A stretch of DNA of 63,596 nucleotides, counting the filler, from Octopus bimaculoides (taxonomy: Eukaryota), in the NCBI RefSeq assembly GCF_001194135.2. It is 7 parts of 7 records of this genome, joined end to end, with 100 filler letters (N's around TTAATTAATTAA, not from the genome) between each part and the next. Parts side by side here need not be neighbours in the genome. Positions count along the whole stretch, not along the records: positions 61,494 to 63,596 come from NC_068982.1; 6 more parts are not named here. The stretch is one strand, 5' to 3'. Below, piece by piece: positions 63,326-63,596 of the stretch. Below the pieces are notes generated by a model. The model did no database searches and was not told where the DNA came from. It saw only the letters and a list, made by a program, of their open reading frames with translations. How positions within the stretch are numbered: position 1 is the stretch's first letter; each line of letters starts with the position of its first letter. A program made the position numbers and the translations under genes.

Positions 63326-63596
63326 AGGCGGCGAGCTGGCAGAGATGTTAGTACGCCGGGCGAAATGCTTAGCGGTATTTCGTCTGCCGTAACGTTCTGA
63401 GTTCAAATTCCGCCGAGGTCGACTTTGCCTTTCATCCTTTCGGGGTCGATAAATTAAGTACCAGTTACGCACTGGGGTCGATGTAATCGACTTAATCCCT
63501 TTGTCTGTCCTTGTTTGTCCCCTCTGTGTGTAGCCCCTTGTGGGCAGTAAAGAAATAGGTATTTCGTCTGCCGTTATGTTCTGAGTTCAAATTCCG
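63326..63596 (+). mobile_element. Young Meta-core-like SINE plus the start of a tandem partial copy
   Basis: ggcggcgagctggcagag...gcctttcatcctttcggggtcgataaattaagtaccag...gtaaagaaata, then a restart at gtatttcgtctgccg. The core resembles the MetaSINE domain as I recall it. Confidence 0.9.

Overview
AT-rich eukaryotic scaffold sequence with many N gaps, dense microsatellites and tRNA-derived SINEs. The repeat families look like those of octopus; that species-level assignment is recollection, not a database result. There are no prokaryotic features, CRISPR arrays or credible long ORFs; most long entries in the ORF track are microsatellite or N-gap artefacts. The main result is a 78-nt minus-strand terminal coding exon at 37087-37164, missed by the ORF track, encoding CWFQHRLACWRQQQGLPANGGSVTD*. 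It matches the C-terminus of the homeodomain-only protein HOPX and has the PRD-class intron position. Its upstream exon is not visible, so it lies in a gap or beyond 63596. The rest is transposon debris: Tc1/mariner, hAT and pogo-type MITEs, RTE and R4/Dong LINE fragments, and Penelope-like ends. Two themes stand out: minimal hammerhead-ribozyme-like motifs (best at 148-184 and 46029-46072), and five unrelated fold-back (inverted-repeat) structures of 0.25-2.5 kb, several tied to Penelope-like sequence.
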